Positions 16,971 to 26,137 of a stretch of 64,000 bases of DNA are shown piece by piece. The notes beneath the pieces were generated by a model that was not told the DNA's origin, searched no databases, and saw nothing but the letters and a program-made list of their open reading frames with translations. The stretch is taken from positions 8,255-72,254 of the forward strand of contig JACRDO010000016.1 in assembly GCA_016212885.1 (NCBI GenBank). Direction: 5' to 3'. Positions within the stretch are counted from its first letter, which is position 1. Each line of letters starts with the position of its first letter. The translations under genes and the position numbers were made by a program. Source of the DNA: Elusimicrobiota bacterium. Lineage in GTDB: Bacteria > Elusimicrobiota > Elusimicrobia > UBA1565.

Positions 16971-19193
16971 TTATTGGTAAAGGTTGTCGAGGTCCTCTTC
17001 CGAAGGCAGGTCCGTCGGCTCCTCGCCCGCCGGAGCGGCTGTCGAGACCGGAAGCGAAGTCATCTCGCCGGAAGCCGAGAAGCCGGCCCTGAGCTTCAGC
17101 GGCTGGGAGTGGTCGAAGGAGCAGTACTCCTTGGGCTCGCTCCCTTTTAGGAAGGCCTGAAGGACCCTCTTCGGGCAGGTCGGCAGGGCCAGCAGGCCTG
17201 TCTCCGAGTCCACGGCGAGGGTGATGATGTCCTCGGGCACAGGGAAGTCCCTGGGCGGGTAGTCCTTGAGCGCACCCTCCATCACGTTCGTCCACCAGGG
17301 CACCACGGTAGTGCCCCCGGTCCAGTCGGTCCCTCCCAGGGAGGTGAAGTCGTCGTAGCCCATCCAGGCCGCGGCCAGCAGGTCCGGGGTATAGCCGATG
17401 AACCAGAGGTCCCGGTGGTCGTTGGTCGTGCCGGTCTTGCCGGCGAGGGGACGCTTGAGCCGGCTGGCGCCGCTGCCGGTGCCGCCCTGAACGACCGTTT
17501 TCATGAGATGGGTCAGGAGGTAGGCGAGTTGGGGCGAGAGCGCCTCCTCCATCTTCGGCGCGTGCGCCTCGAGTATCTTGCCCTGCGTGTCCTCGACCCG
17601 GACCACCCCCCAGGGCTCGGCGTGGACCCCGCCGTTGGCGAAGGTCGAGAACGCGCCCGCAAGCTCCAGGGGGGTCACCACGGAGGAGCCCAGGCCGAGC
17701 GAGAGCACTGGTTCGAGCGGGGACTGGATTCCGGCCTTCGCGGCCAGCTCCACGACGCTGGGCGGACCGACGTGCTCGATGAGGCGGATGGAGGCGATGT
17801 TCCGCGAGAGGGCCAGGGCTTTGCGCAGGGTGATGACCCCCAGGAACTTCCCGTCGAAATCGCTGGGCACCCAGACCTTGAAGTCCTCGGACCCGGCGAA
17901 GGGCGCGGTGGCGAGCATGATGGCCTGCTGGTCCGTCGCGCCTTCCAGCAGGCGCCAGTCGCGCCCGTCCGAGTAGTAGGCGAGCGGGGTGTCTTCCACG
18001 AGCGTCATGCCGGTCATCCCGGAGTTGAGCGCAGCTGCCCATACGAACGGCTTGAAGGTCGAACCCGGCTGGCGCTTCGCCTGCACGCAGCGGTTGAACT
18101 GGTCCCCGCGGCCGCCGATCATGGCCCGGATGGCCCCGGTCTTGACGTCGAGCAGGATGAAGACCCCCTGGATGGAGGCTGGGGGCGCGGTGGAAACGGT
18201 CGGCGGGTCGATGCCGGCCTCGACCTCGGCGTCCAGCTCCTTCTTCCATTCGGCCAGCGCCTTTTCGTCGTAGGCCTTCAGGGCCTTTTCCATCTCCTCC
18301 TCGGCGATCCGCTGGAAGGAGAGGTCTAGGGTCGTATGGATCTGAAGCCCCCCGCGCCAGAGCATGGCGGTGCCGTACTTCGGCTCAAGCTGGCGCCGGA
18401 CGTATTCGACGAAGTACGGCGCTTGGGCGTTCAGCACGCCTCCGCGCTGGGCCGGCAGGGCCGCGCTCAGGGCCTCCTCCATGTCCTTCCTGGCGATGAA
18501 GCCCTCATTAAGCATGCGCTGGAGCACGATTTTGCGCCGGGCCGCGGCGCGCTCGGGATGCGTGAAGGGGGAGGTGCCGCCGGGGAAGCGGATCAAGCCC
18601 GCGAGCAGGGCGCATTCGCCCAGCTTGAGGCTCTTGACGTCCTTGCCGAAGTAGACGTGCGCGGCAGCCTGGACTCCGTAGGCCCCGTGGCCGAAGTAGA
18701 TCTGGTTGAGGTAGAGTTGGAGTATCTCCTCCTTGCTGAAGTTGCGCTCGAGCTGCAGGGAGAGCAGCATCTCCTTGATCTTGCGGATAATCTTCCGCTC
18801 CGGGGTCAGGAAAATGAGCTTGGCCAGCTGCTGGGTCAGCGTGGACCCCCCCTGCACCACCCGGCCGCGGAGAAAATTCATCGCAGCTGCGCGCAGCATG
18901 CCGCGCGGGGAAATTCCGATGTGGCGGAAGAAGCCGGAGTCCTCGGTGGCGATGACGGCGTTCTGGAGGTCCACCGGGATCTCTGAGAGCGTCAGGAGGG
19001 CCCTCTTTTCGATGGAGAACTCCGCGAGCAGATCCCCCTTGACGTCGAAGGCGCGCGTGGTCAAAGAGGGAGTGTAGTCCTCCAGGGACTGGTAGGAGGG
19101 CAGGCCCTCCAGGAATCTGCGCAGGGTCAGGGCCGAGGCGAGTATGCAAAGAGCGATCGTCAGGACGATCAGGCAGAAGCGGGATCGCGTCAT
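16971..19193 (-). CDS. class A penicillin-binding protein (PBP1A-type transglycosylase/transpeptidase)
   Basis: 740 aa. N-terminal TM anchor, GT51 motifs (ATEDSGFFRHIGI, GGSTLTQQLAK, RKIKE) and transpeptidase motifs (STFKP, SRN, KTGTT). Confidence 0.9.
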   Translation of the reverse strand: MTRSRFCLIVLTIALCILASALTLRRFLEGLPSYQSLEDYTPSLTTRAFDVKGDLLAEFSIEKRALLTLSEIPVDLQNAVIATEDSGFFRHIGISPRGMLRAAAMNFLRGRVVQGGSTLTQQLAKLIFLTPERKIIRKIKEMLLSLQLERNFSKEEILQLYLNQIYFGHGAYGVQAAAHVYFGKDVKSLKLGECALLAGLIRFPGGTSPFTHPERAAARRKIVLQRMLNEGFIARKDMEEALSAALPAQRGGVLNAQAPYFVEYVRRQLEPKYGTAMLWRGGLQIHTTLDLSFQRIAEEEMEKALKAYDEKALAEWKKELDAEVEAGIDPPTVSTAPPASIQGVFILLDVKTGAIRAMIGGRGDQFNRCVQAKRQPGSTFKPFVWAAALNSGMTGMTLVEDTPLAYYSDGRDWRLLEGATDQQAIMLATAPFAGSEDFKVWVPSDFDGKFLGVITLRKALALSRNIASIRLIEHVGPPSVVELAAKAGIQSPLEPVLSLGLGSSVVTPLELAGAFSTFANGGVHAEPWGVVRVEDTQGKILEAHAPKMEEALSPQLAYLLTHLMKTVVQGGTGSGASRLKRPLAGKTGTTNDHRDLWFIGYTPDLLAAAWMGYDDFTSLGGTDWTGGTTVVPWWTNVMEGALKDYPPRDFPVPEDIITLAVDSETGLLALPTCPKRVLQAFLKGSEPKEYCSFDHSQPLKLRAGFSASGEMTSLPVSTAAPAGEEPTDLPSEEDLDNLYQ

Positions 19194-19201
19194 TTAGGGC
19201 T

Positions 19202-20272
19202 CTACTCGCGGGTGATGCTGAGGCGGGAGTGAGCGCGGTGGCGCCGAATGGCGAGCCGCAGGAGCCTGTCTACGAGCTTCGTGAAAGAAAGCCCTGAGGC
19301 GCCCCAGAGCTTGGGGAACATGCTGATTGCGGTGAATCCAGGCATCGTGTTGATCTCGTTGAACCAGAGCCTGCCCGTTTCTTTGTCCAGGAGGAAATCC
19401 ACTCGGGCGAGCCCGTAGCCTCCCAGGGCGCGGAACGCATCCACCGCCATCTTCCGGACCCTCTCAGCGGCGGCCCGCCCCAGCTCCGCCGGCGCCATGA
19501 GCTCCGCCCCGTCGGGCATGAGGTACTTCGCCGCGTAGGAGTAGAACTCCGCCTTGGGGCGGATCTCGCCTACGACCTTCGAGGCGCGGATGTCCTCGCC
19601 TCCGCCCAGCACCGCGCACTCGATCTCCCGCGCCGGCACCCCCTCTTCGACCAGCACGGTCGTGTCGAACCGGAAGGCCCGCCTAACCGCCTTGGCGAGG
19701 CCCTTGGGCTCCTGGACCTTGTAGACCCCGACCGAGGAGCCGAGCCGGCAAGGCTTCACAAAGACCGGGAAGCGCAGCTTGAGGGCCTCCTTGAGGGTCC
19801 AGCGGCCTTCGAGAACCGCGTAGGGCAGGACCGGCAGGCCGGCAACCTCGGCCAGGCGCTTGGTCATGACCTTGTCCATCCCAACGGCCGAGCCGAGGAC
19901 CCCGCAGCCCACGTAAGGCAGTCCCGCGACCTCCAGGAGCCCCTGCACGGTCCCGTCCTCCCCAAAGGGGCCGTGCAGGGCCGGGAAGACGGCGTCCGGC
20001 CTCAAGCGCCTGGCCCTGGACCCTGAGCCGACCACCAGGGCCGGCTCTGCGCCCAACTCGATGCGCGCAGGGATGCGGTCGAAAGGGTACTTGAACGGCT
20101 TCGGGTGCCGCGCGAAAGCCCGGGGCCTCCTCTGGAAATGCCAGCGGCCTTGGGCATCGATGCGCACCAAGAGCGGCCGGTGCGGCCCCAGGTTGCGCAC
20201 GATAGCCGCGGCTGAAACGCAGGAGACGTCGCGTTCAGCTGAACGGCCGCCGAAGAGCACCAGGACGTTCAA
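19202..20272 (-). CDS. ddl: D-alanine--D-alanine ligase
   Basis: 356 aa. VLFGGRSAERDVS, HGPFGEDGTVQGLLE, and an ATP-grasp region ending FNEINTMPGFT. Confidence 0.9.
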   Translation of the reverse strand: MNVLVLFGGRSAERDVSCVSAAAIVRNLGPHRPLLVRIDAQGRWHFQRRPRAFARHPKPFKYPFDRIPARIELGAEPALVVGSGSRARRLRPDAVFPALHGPFGEDGTVQGLLEVAGLPYVGCGVLGSAVGMDKVMTKRLAEVAGLPVLPYAVLEGRWTLKEALKLRFPVFVKPCRLGSSVGVYKVQEPKGLAKAVRRAFRFDTTVLVEEGVPAREIECAVLGGGEDIRASKVVGEIRPKAEFYSYAAKYLMPDGAELMAPAELGRAAAERVRKMAVDAFRALGGYGLARVDFLLDKETGRLWFNEINTMPGFTAISMFPKLWGASGLSFTKLVDRLLRLAIRRHRAHSRLSITRE

Positions 20273-20751
20273 TATACGCCCCGGGCCTGGTACCAGAACC
20301 TGCCGTCCATCGTCTTATGGATGCAGTCGACGAAGATGATGACCCGCTCGCTGTTGTGGACGTAGCCCCAGCCGCCCGAGTCCTTCAGCCGCGCGCCGTT
20401 GATCTGGCCGTCCACGATGATGTCGGGGGGGTAGTACCGGACCGCGCCGGAGTCCTTGTGGCCGGCTGCGCCCAGCTCGACTTCCGGGATCTCGGCGATG
20501 TACTTCGGTATCAGCTCGCTGAGCTTCTCCGGGATCCGGCCCTCCGCTTGGATGAAGTCGTTGAGGCTGCGCTCGATGGCGGAAAGGCGGGAGAACGTGT
20601 GGCTCTCGGAGGTCTGCCTCTCGGAACGCTGGATATCGCTGTTGATCTCCCTGGCCGCGGGGACGCCGGCGTCCCCTTTGCTCAGGCTCCAGGAGCAGCC
20701 GGAGGCGGCCAGGAACGCCGCGAGGAACGCCTGAGACGCAAAGTGTTTCAT
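20269..20751 (-). CDS. lipoprotein, unknown function (pseudopilin-G-like motif)
   Basis: 160 aa. Lipobox LAASGC. 4-nt overlaps with both neighbours (mnmA stop, ddl start). The internal GRIPEKLSELIPKYIAEIPE stretch resembles the GspG-type pseudopilin body. Confidence 0.55.
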   Translation of the reverse strand: MKHFASQAFLAAFLAASGCSWSLSKGDAGVPAAREINSDIQRSERQTSESHTFSRLSAIERSLNDFIQAEGRIPEKLSELIPKYIAEIPEVELGAAGHKDSGAVRYYPPDIIVDGQINGARLKDSGGWGYVHNSERVIIFVDCIHKTMDGRFWYQARGVY

Positions 20752-21836
20752 AACACCTCCTCGATGGTCCCGCCCCCGAGGACCTCGTCGAAACCTTCCG
20801 AACGGCGATAGAAGACGGCCGCCTGCCCGGGGGCGATGCCCATTTCGCCCTCCTGCAGGACGACCCGGAACCGGCCGCCCAAACCTTCCGAACGGAGGGC
20901 CGCGGGGGCCAGACGGCCGCGGTGGCGGACCCGGACCAAGACATCCCCCTGCGTCGGTTCATTCCTCGTCCAGGAAAGGCTTCCAACCGTGAAAGCCGAA
21001 CGCCGCGTCTCTCTTTCGGTTCCGACCACGAGGGTGTTCGTGGCCCCGTCCAGGCGGGAGACGTAGAGCGGCTCGGGCGCCGCGACTCCCAGCCCCTTGC
21101 GCTGGCCCACCGTGTAGCAGGCGAGGCCCTCGTGCCGGCCGAGCAGCTTTCCGGATCTGTCCCGGATGTCTCCGGGTGCGAACGCCGCCGGCGCCTCCCG
21201 AAGGGCGCGCAGGCGCAGAAATTGCCGGTAGTCGTTCTTTGGGACGAAGCAAATCTCCATGCTCTCAGGCTTGTCCGCGGTTGCAAGCCCCAGGGCCCGG
21301 GCCTTCCGGCGCGCCTCGTCCTTCGAGAGCCGGCCCAGCGGGAAGATCGTCCGCGCAAGCTCCCTCTGCGTCAGGCAGTATAGAAAATAGGACTGGTCTT
21401 TGCGCTCATCAGCTGCGCGGAAAAGCCCGCATGTCCCGTCTTCCCTGCGCTCGACGCGGGCATAGTGGCCGGTCGCGACCGCATCGGCCTTCCAGTCCAC
21501 GGCCAGCTTGAGCAGCGCGGCGAACTTGACCTTCCGGTTGCACTCCACGCAGGGGTTCGGCGTGCGCCGGCTCAGGTAGTCCGAAACGAAAGGATCGATG
21601 ACAACTGCCGAGAAGAGGTCGCTGAAGTCCATGAGGCGGTGGGGGATGCCGAGCTTTTCCGCCGCCTGCCGGGCGTCCGCGGCGTCCGGGGAGGCGCCGC
21701 AGCAGCCGCGGCCCGGCCACGCCGCGGGGCGGAGCTTGAAGGTCACCCCCATCGTCTCCCAGCCGTCCTCGACGCACAGCGCGGCCGCAACGGAGGAGTC
21801 CACCCCTCCGCTCATGGCGACGATGACCCGCGCCAT
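20748..21836 (-). CDS. mnmA: tRNA 2-thiouridine(34) synthase MnmA
   Basis: 362 aa. PP-loop VAMSGGVDSSV, PNPCVECNRKVKF and GHYAR. Confidence 0.9.
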   Translation of the reverse strand: MARVIVAMSGGVDSSVAAALCVEDGWETMGVTFKLRPAAWPGRGCCGASPDAADARQAAEKLGIPHRLMDFSDLFSAVVIDPFVSDYLSRRTPNPCVECNRKVKFAALLKLAVDWKADAVATGHYARVERREDGTCGLFRAADERKDQSYFLYCLTQRELARTIFPLGRLSKDEARRKARALGLATADKPESMEICFVPKNDYRQFLRLRALREAPAAFAPGDIRDRSGKLLGRHEGLACYTVGQRKGLGVAAPEPLYVSRLDGATNTLVVGTERETRRSAFTVGSLSWTRNEPTQGDVLVRVRHRGRLAPAALRSEGLGGRFRVVLQEGEMGIAPGQAAVFYRRSEGFDEVLGGGTIEEVL

Positions 21837-22522
21837 TAGGGTTTGGTGCCGAAGAAGCCGTTGAGCAGGTCTTCATCCGGCTTGGCGGCCGGCTGGGCCG
21901 CCTCGGGGGGCTTCGCTCCGGGGAGCTCTTTCTGCTTGGGCGCCCGGGTCCCCGTGACCGGAAGGACGATGGCTTTTCGGACGCCCTCGGCGAAGATGAG
22001 CATGCCCTCTTTCTGGTCGAAATAGAGCCGGAAGGGAGACTCCTTGAGCTGGGGAGCATAGGCCTTGCCGAGGTTGTCGCGCTCCTGCTCCCATTGGGGA
22101 TTGTAGATCAGCTTCCCCCGCACATCGACCTTGCCCTTGAGGATCGGCAGGCTGAAGCGGATCCGGTAGACGCCGTTGGTGTCGCTGACCCCCGCGTCGA
22201 AAGAGGAGGTCTGGAAGGCCGCCTGACTCTTCTCGACGAATTTCTCCTCTCCCTCGGCGACGGCGCGCACCACCACGCCCTGGATGGGGTTGTCTTCGAG
22301 GTCCGTGATGACGCCGACGATGTAGCCCTCCAGGAAATTCGACTTCCTGTCGACCGACACAAACAGGTAGTCCACGGCCCCGGTGAGCCGGTCCACGATG
22401 ACCACCTGGGCCACGCGGCCCTCCGCGAAGTCCTTGAGCACGACCTTCTTGCCGCCCCTCCCCGTGCTCGCGGCGGCGCAGCCGCAGAAGAGGCCGGCCG
22501 AAAGGAGCAGCGCGGCTCTCAT
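21836..22522 (-). CDS. lipoprotein with carboxypeptidase-regulatory-like beta-sandwich, translationally coupled to motB
   Basis: The ATG at 22522 forms an ATGA overlap with the motB stop. MRAALLLSAGLFCGC lipobox. GVITDLEDNPIQGVVVRAV...TNGVYRI resembles CarboxypepD_reg. The track start at 22690 is an upstream out-of-frame extension. Confidence 0.65.
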   Translation of the reverse strand: MRAALLLSAGLFCGCAAASTGRGGKKVVLKDFAEGRVAQVVIVDRLTGAVDYLFVSVDRKSNFLEGYIVGVITDLEDNPIQGVVVRAVAEGEEKFVEKSQAAFQTSSFDAGVSDTNGVYRIRFSLPILKGKVDVRGKLIYNPQWEQERDNLGKAYAPQLKESPFRLYFDQKEGMLIFAEGVRKAIVLPVTGTRAPKQKELPGAKPPEAAQPAAKPDEDLLNGFFGTKP

Positions 22523-23262
22523 GGCGTCCCTCCCGCCGGCGGCGCCGCAGGGGCCGCGCCTTGGGCGGGCGCCTTGACGCCCTCCCCGGGGCCCGCGCTG
22601 GAGGCGGGGGCCGCGCCGGGAGAGGGCGGAGCGCCGTGCGGCGTGACCGTCTTGACGAAGAAGACCACGCGCCGGTTCTTGGCCTTGCACTCGGGGGTGT
22701 CGTTGGCCGGGCAGACCGGGCGATACTGCCCGTAGCCCATGGCCGCCAGGTACTGCGGCGAGAAGTCCTTATCCTTGATGAGGTACTCCACGACGGTCGT
22801 GGCCCGCGCGGAGGAGAGCTCCCAGTTCGAGCCGAAGTACTCGTCGTTGATCGGGACGTTGTCCGTGTGGCCTTCGACCACGATGTCGAAATTCTTCGAA
22901 AGGTTCTTGATCGTCGGAGCGATCTGATCCAGGATCGAGAGCATCCCGGCTGTGACATCGGCCTTGCCGCTCGCGAAGAAAGCCATGTCCCCCTTCTCCT
23001 GGATGCTGATCTTCATGCCTTCCCGGTCGATCTTCACGTCGATCTCGGCGTGGATGTTCTTCTTCGCCTCCTCGACGTCCTTCACCGCCTGCTGGACGTC
23101 CTTGTTCAAGACGGCCGAAAGGGCGTAGAGGATGACGAAGAAGCAGACCATCTCCGTCATGAGGTCCGCGTAGTTGACGAGCCAGGGCGGGGCCGGGTGG
23201 CCGATCTGGCAGACCTTGGGGTCGCTCTCGTCGATGAAGCCCTTGGGGGCGCGCAGGGGCAT
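22519..23262 (-). CDS. motB: flagellar-type stator protein MotB (OmpA-like peptidoglycan-binding)
   Basis: 247 aa. TM segment with the proton-binding Asp (WLVNYADLMTEMVCFFVILYAL). OmpA_C-like region (EGHTDNVP...NWELSSARA...NRRVVFFV). Confidence 0.8.
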   Translation of the reverse strand: MPLRAPKGFIDESDPKVCQIGHPAPPWLVNYADLMTEMVCFFVILYALSAVLNKDVQQAVKDVEEAKKNIHAEIDVKIDREGMKISIQEKGDMAFFASGKADVTAGMLSILDQIAPTIKNLSKNFDIVVEGHTDNVPINDEYFGSNWELSSARATTVVEYLIKDKDFSPQYLAAMGYGQYRPVCPANDTPECKAKNRRVVFFVKTVTPHGAPPSPGAAPASSAGPGEGVKAPAQGAAPAAPPAGGTP

Positions 23263-23265
23263 GGG

Positions 23266-24078
23266 CTATTTCCTCTCCTCTTCCTGCCCCTTCTTCTCCT
23301 CTTCGTGCCCCTTCACCATGACCCGCTGGGAGGGCTCGAGGTAGGCCTTGAGGTTCGCCTCCACCACGCGAGGGGTCGCTCCGCTCTGGAGCAGGAGCAC
23401 GCCGCGGATGACGATCTCCTTGACGAGCAGCTCCTCCTCCGAGCGCCTGCGGAGCTTGCCGCCCATCGGCAGGAAGATGAGGTAGCCGGACCCGAGCCCG
23501 TAGAATGCGGCGGCCAAGGCCAGCGCCATCCGTTTGGGCACCGCCTGGACGTCGCTGATCGAGTTGAGCATCAGCACCATGCCGAGGACCGTCCCGATGA
23601 TGCCGAAGGCCGGGGCGTAGGTGCCCATGGAGTTGAAGATCTCCATCCCGATCTTGTGGCGCTCCCGGATGAAGCCGATCTCCGTCTCGAGCATGTTGCG
23701 GATGAACTCCTGGTCCGAGCCGTCGATGACGTGCTGGATGCCGCGCTTGAGGAAGTCGTCCTTGATGGCGTTTACGTCGGCCTGCAGGGCCAGGAACCCG
23801 TCGCGCTTGGCCTTGTGCGCGAGCGAGACGAAGGTCGCCACGAGGCCGGAAGTGTCCTCGCCGCTCTGGGTGAGGACCTTCCGCAGGATCCTGCCCAGGC
23901 CCACCACCTGTTTGAGCGGGTAGTTGACCAGCGTGGAGCAGAAGGTGCCGCCCATGACCAGCAGGAGGGCCTCAATGTTCGCGAAGGGCACGAAGCCCGC
24001 CGGTCCCTCTTGATAGAGGATGGCGGCCACCGCCAGGCCGATGAACACCAGGATGCCCATTACGGTGGCTATGTCCAT
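23266..24078 (-). CDS. motA: flagellar-type stator protein MotA (MotA/TolQ/ExbB channel family)
   Basis: 270 aa. Four-TM layout, a cytoplasmic loop KAKRDGFLALQ, and the C-terminal channel region GTYAPAFGIIGTVLGMV...AFYGLGSGYLIFLP. Confidence 0.85.
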   Translation of the reverse strand: MDIATVMGILVFIGLAVAAILYQEGPAGFVPFANIEALLLVMGGTFCSTLVNYPLKQVVGLGRILRKVLTQSGEDTSGLVATFVSLAHKAKRDGFLALQADVNAIKDDFLKRGIQHVIDGSDQEFIRNMLETEIGFIRERHKIGMEIFNSMGTYAPAFGIIGTVLGMVLMLNSISDVQAVPKRMALALAAAFYGLGSGYLIFLPMGGKLRRRSEEELLVKEIVIRGVLLLQSGATPRVVEANLKAYLEPSQRVMVKGHEEEKKGQEEERK

Positions 24079-24106
24079 AATCGTTCCTTATAATGACAAG
24101 TCAGGC

Positions 24107-24331
24107 TCACTCTCTTTTGTAGCCTTCTATGGGATTTCTCACGGGCCTTTCGGCGTTGACCCGCTTGCGGTACTCTATCACCTTTCCCACGACCTCGTCC
24201 ACAGTCTCCTTGACGAGGTAGCGGTTGTTGGTGGCCAGCGAGATGACGGTGTTGGGGCACGCCTCTACCGCCTCGATGAGCTCTGCGTTGATCGTGATCT
24301 CCTGGCCGTTGAGGCGCGTAACCTTGATCAT
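24107..24331 (-). CDS. flbD: flagellar protein FlbD
   Basis: 74 aa. MIKVTRLNGQEITINAELIE...NTVISLATNNRYLVKETVDEV is the FlbD signature. It lies immediately upstream of motA, as in spirochaete/Firmicute-type operons. Confidence 0.8.
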   Translation of the reverse strand: MIKVTRLNGQEITINAELIEAVEACPNTVISLATNNRYLVKETVDEVVGKVIEYRKRVNAERPVRNPIEGYKRE

Positions 24332-26112
24332 GCCTTCTCCTCCGGCCCCACCCTGCGCCCCAGGGCGCTGATGCGGGACTTGAGCCTCTCGATCTCCTCG
24401 GCGCTCCTCTTCTGCTGGAGCTCGTAGGCGGCCCGGAGCTTGTTCCAGTTCTCCCGTTCGGCGCTGAGCGCGGCGAAGCGCCGCTCCTCAGCCGCGGCCT
24501 GTGCCAGGGCCCCGCCTACGGCGCCTTCGAGCTGGCTGAGCCTCTCGCGCAGGGCCGCGGCCGTCTTCTCCTGCTCGGCCCGATCCCGGGCAGCGGCGGC
24601 TTTCCATTCCTCCTCCACCGCGAGGCGCGAGCGCAGCTCTTCATACTCCTGCCGGAGCCGCTCAAGCTCCTGGGCCCGCTTGCGGGCCTCCTCCTCCGCG
24701 GCCCTGCGGGCCTCCTCCAAGCGGCGCAGCTCCTGCCGGCCGCCTTCGATGGACGCGGCGAGGCGCTTTATGAGTTCCTCCTCCAGGCTTGCGCGCACAA
24801 GCCGCATCTGCTCGGCCTGCTCGCGCCGGCAGTCGGCCCGGACAACCTGCGCGGCGGCGAGGAGCCGGCTCTGCAGCTGCTCCTGCGCGCAGGCCTTGAT
24901 GCGCGCCTTCTCGGCTGCGAAGCGCTTCTCGGCGTCCGCCGCCGTCTTGGCGCGGATCTCGGCTTCCCGGTCCTGCCACTTGCGCTGCAGGACGATGAAC
25001 TCGGCCTGGTACTTCTCGTTGATCCTCTGCATCTCATCCTTGGCCTTCTTCGCCTCGTCGGCCTGCGCGCGCAGGGCGGCACTCTGCTTCTCGAGCGCGC
25101 CTCCCACGGCCCGCATCCTCTGCAGGGCTGCGCCCGCGAGCTCCGCCTGGGCGCGCGTCTTCTTCAGCTCGGCCTCGTGCTCGACGTTCAGGCGCCGGAT
25201 TTCCTCCTCGCGCTCGGCCGCCAGGCGGCTCGCGACGCTCATCAGCTCGCCCTGCAGCCTCTCGTTGTCGGCCAGAAGCCGCTCCTCGCGCTCCCGCGAG
25301 CCCGTCCTGAGCGAGTGCAGCTCCCGCTCGAGCCGCTCCTGCGCGGCCCGAAGCCGCTCCTGCGTCATCGCGAGCTCGGCTTTGACCTGGGTGAGCTCCC
25401 GTTCGCGCTCGGCCGATGCGGCCGCCTGCGCTTGAAGCCGGCCGTTGGCCTCGGCGAGCTGCGCGGCGCGCTCCTCGACGGCCTGCTTCTCCAGGAGCGC
25501 CTTGCGATGCTCCAGGTCGATCCCCTTGAGGCTTTCAGCCAAGGCCTTGGCCTGGCGGCTCTCGTCTTCCTTGGCGCGGATGAGCCGCTGCCAGTGGGCC
25601 TTCTCCTCGAGCCAGCGCCGCTCGATGTCCTGCAGGCGCAGGGAGAACTGCGCCTCGACCTCCCGGTCCCTCGCGTCGCGGATCTGCAGCTTCTGCTGGA
25701 GGGTCCCAAGCAGGGTCTCGCGCTCCTGGACTAAGCGCTCCTCGAGCTCCCGGACGCGGGCTTCGAGCTTGAGCTTCGTCTCCTCCATCTCCGCCTCGCG
25801 CCGCTCCCGGCGCAGCTTGTCCTGCACATCCTTGATGGAGAGCTCGACGCGGCCGGCGATTTCGGCCTCCTCCTTGGCCTTCAGGCTTGCGAGTAGGACC
25901 TTCTCCCGCTCCTCCATCAGGCGCTTCTCGAGCAGGGCGATCTTCCTTTGCTGGTCTAAAGTCGGCGCCGCGGAGCCCGGCGCGGGCGGCGCGCTTGGAA
26001 GCGCCGTCCTCTCCGGCGCTTGCGGTTCTCCGCTCGCCGGAGAGGGCCTAACCAGGGTGTACGCGCCCGGAGGCAATGGAGGACTAGGATTGCGCCTGGA
26101 TTCCTCAGCCAT
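24328..26112 (-). CDS. 594-aa coiled-coil protein with Pro-rich N-terminus, unknown function
   Basis: After about 55 Pro/Ala-rich residues it is almost continuous E/R/A/L/Q heptad-like sequence. A 4-nt overlap joins it to flbD. It sits where fliH/fliJ lie in flagellar operons. Confidence 0.7.
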   Translation of the reverse strand: MAEESRRNPSPPLPPGAYTLVRPSPASGEPQAPERTALPSAPPAPGSAAPTLDQQRKIALLEKRLMEEREKVLLASLKAKEEAEIAGRVELSIKDVQDKLRRERREAEMEETKLKLEARVRELEERLVQERETLLGTLQQKLQIRDARDREVEAQFSLRLQDIERRWLEEKAHWQRLIRAKEDESRQAKALAESLKGIDLEHRKALLEKQAVEERAAQLAEANGRLQAQAAASAERERELTQVKAELAMTQERLRAAQERLERELHSLRTGSREREERLLADNERLQGELMSVASRLAAEREEEIRRLNVEHEAELKKTRAQAELAGAALQRMRAVGGALEKQSAALRAQADEAKKAKDEMQRINEKYQAEFIVLQRKWQDREAEIRAKTAADAEKRFAAEKARIKACAQEQLQSRLLAAAQVVRADCRREQAEQMRLVRASLEEELIKRLAASIEGGRQELRRLEEARRAAEEEARKRAQELERLRQEYEELRSRLAVEEEWKAAAARDRAEQEKTAAALRERLSQLEGAVGGALAQAAAEERRFAALSAERENWNKLRAAYELQQKRSAEEIERLKSRISALGRRVGPEEKA

Positions 26113-26137
26113 GGTGTCTCCTCATGATCGAACCTTC

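Noticed and set aside
16882-22958. Other long minus-strand alternative-frame ORFs (16882-18249, 18508-19149, 20315-21358, 21409-22059, 21873-22958) and 3901-5283
   Set aside because: They are out-of-frame overlaps of PBP1A, ddl/mnmA, motB-region genes and mfd, with R/P/G-rich junk composition.
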